A DNA stretch of 63,945 nucleotides, from assembly GCA_040437565.1 (NCBI GenBank), contig JBDOQK010000029.1, forward strand, positions 124,001 through 187,945. The letters run 5' to 3'. A model generated the notes under the pieces. That model was not told the origin of the DNA, ran no database searches, and worked only from the letters and a program-made list of their open reading frames with translations. This document shows, one piece after another, positions 62,352-63,945 of the stretch. How positions within the stretch are numbered: position 1 is the stretch's first letter; each line of letters begins with the position of its first letter. Made by a program: the position numbers and the translations under genes. The stretch comes from Albugo candida (lineage: Eukaryota).

Positions 62352-63644
62352 TGGAATTTTACAGTTTGTTGGCTGATGAGATCTGCATATTCCATGTGGT
62401 GTAACTTTGACCAATGGTGTTGCTACTTTAAATGTGCTGAATTGTGACATTGACAGCGTTGAGCACAGCATTCCGTTTTCTGCATTCCAGTAAACCTAAC
62501 TCAATGACCGTTCTTTTCCATTACTTCCTGAGACTGGCATATCTGTCCGCCAATTGCATTCTTTTAAGACCAATGCCGTTCCTCCTACCAATGTGTGAAG
62601 ACGAACATCTGAAAGAGATTGTAGGATTTTTGCTGTGTAGAGCAGTGTGCGATGCATTGCCTAAGGTACTGCGTCGGAGAGCTCGGGGGTGTTGTTTCAG
62701 TTGCCTTACGCGAAGAGCTAATTGCCAATTCCTATTGTCGTCCTAGGACTTCTGTTGAAGTCGTTTGGTCCATAACGCGTTGGATGCAACAAAGCGCTTA
62801 TCTTTCAGTTGAGGCTCTCGAAAATTTCACTGTTTTCAGGCCAGTTGTTGAACAAAATCCTGTTGCCTAAGCTTTGTAGATGATCACTCAAATGTATGAC
62901 CGTGGAGAAATGAGTTCTTATTAGACGATGGAAGGCATCCGTATGGATAGTGATGTGAGTTATTCGAGGCATTGTCATCCAGTGCTGCAAAAGGGCCATC
63001 AACTTCAGATATGATCGACTCTTATCGTAATTGGATATCCATAATCAATTTGGGTGATTTTGTATCAAACAGTCTGCGTATCGGTGACATGTAACAAACA
63101 TTCGTATTAAAGGGAGCACGTTGGCTGCATCCAAAGGAATTTGAGAGTTTTCATTCGTTCAGACCGTATAAGCGGGATGCAGTGGACCGGAGGGAGCAGC
63201 TTGAAATATGCTAGCGCCATCCAACCTTCGAAATCCCTGAACAATCATATCAATTTTCACTCAAAAGACGGTATACATCAAATGATTGGACATCCTATCG
63301 CACCCCATTTCTATGAATAAAATCAGTTCACAAGCATTGCAGTTCATACGTTCATTAAAGGAGTGTTTTTATTTCAGAATAGGTTCGAGGATGGTTCGCG
63401 AGGACCTCTCTCGTCCCGATGAAAAATGAACTCGCATACGTAATTGCATTATCACTCGCGTATCGAATCTCTCTGTTCTTCAATCGAACCAATTAACAGC
63501 AATTACTTGAAGCGCATCTTACCTTCTGGAACTACGTGCACATGTACCGGTTTGGTCGACTTGGAGCGCAGAAGACACACATAATGTGCAGATTGGATGC
63601 ATTAGTGGATTATCAGCTCATAGGTGCTTTGGTGATGCATCAAA
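62352..63644 (-). pseudogene. Degenerate inverted copy of ~42930-44675 (CEP120 exon 1 plus upstream region)
   Basis: ORF 62444-62746 (RRRARGCCFSCLTRRANCQ) mirrors the antisense ORF 44206-44400. Colinear blocks such as gaggacctctctcgtcccga. Confidence 0.85.
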
Positions 63645-63945
63645 TATTGGAAGAGCAACAGCCGCTGTGAAAGGATTGCTGTCGACCGACCACTTCGGAG
63701 TGACGGCAGTTTCTATTCTTGGATGGTTTGGAAAGACCAGGAGAAGAGATGAAACCGTCATAGCGGGTAGATAATGACAAAAAACACTTTTACATTTGCA
63801 CTGGCATCATTCCTGTGAACATCAAACACAATTTGTAGCCCCAAAAACTTGCTCAAGCGGATGGATGTGTAAATAAACATTAGGATGAAAACAAGCATAA
63901 TGTGTTGCATTCGCTGGCACGGAAACTCGAAATTATTTGCAGCAC

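Overview
Eukaryotic draft-scaffold window with spliceosomal introns. It is most likely an oomycete, possibly Albugo-like; this is inferred from gene content, short introns and transposon types, not verified. Sixteen ~100-N gaps are present, and most are flanked by re-read overlaps that create false duplications. A gene-dense core (22.2-35.4 kb) holds a cyclin, an ankyrin-repeat protein, amidophosphoribosyltransferase (purF), exportin-2/CSE1, PP4 catalytic subunit, a small hypothetical gene and a protein with a TPX2-like N-terminus. A CEP120 orthologue lies at 44.2-50.0 kb. The flanks are repeat-rich: three Ty1/copia elements or remnants (two nested), Gypsy and L1 remnants, an IS630/Tc1/mariner-type element, a MULE and a non-autonomous MULE-like element. 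The most notable structure is a multi-gene cassette present twice in inverted orientation (11.15-21.6 kb on +, 52.3-58.0 kb on -). Its order is DAHP synthase, class-V PLP aminotransferase, tandem signal-peptide-like repeats leading into a candidate secreted protein, a ~44-aa Cys-rich mini-gene, and a membrane-protein-like fragment; nearly all parts are decayed. The right copy sits inside a decayed inverted copy of the CEP120 locus. I see no rRNA, tRNA or CRISPR array, and nothing that proves a new biological system. The cassette, its secreted-protein family and the mini-gene are the best candidates.
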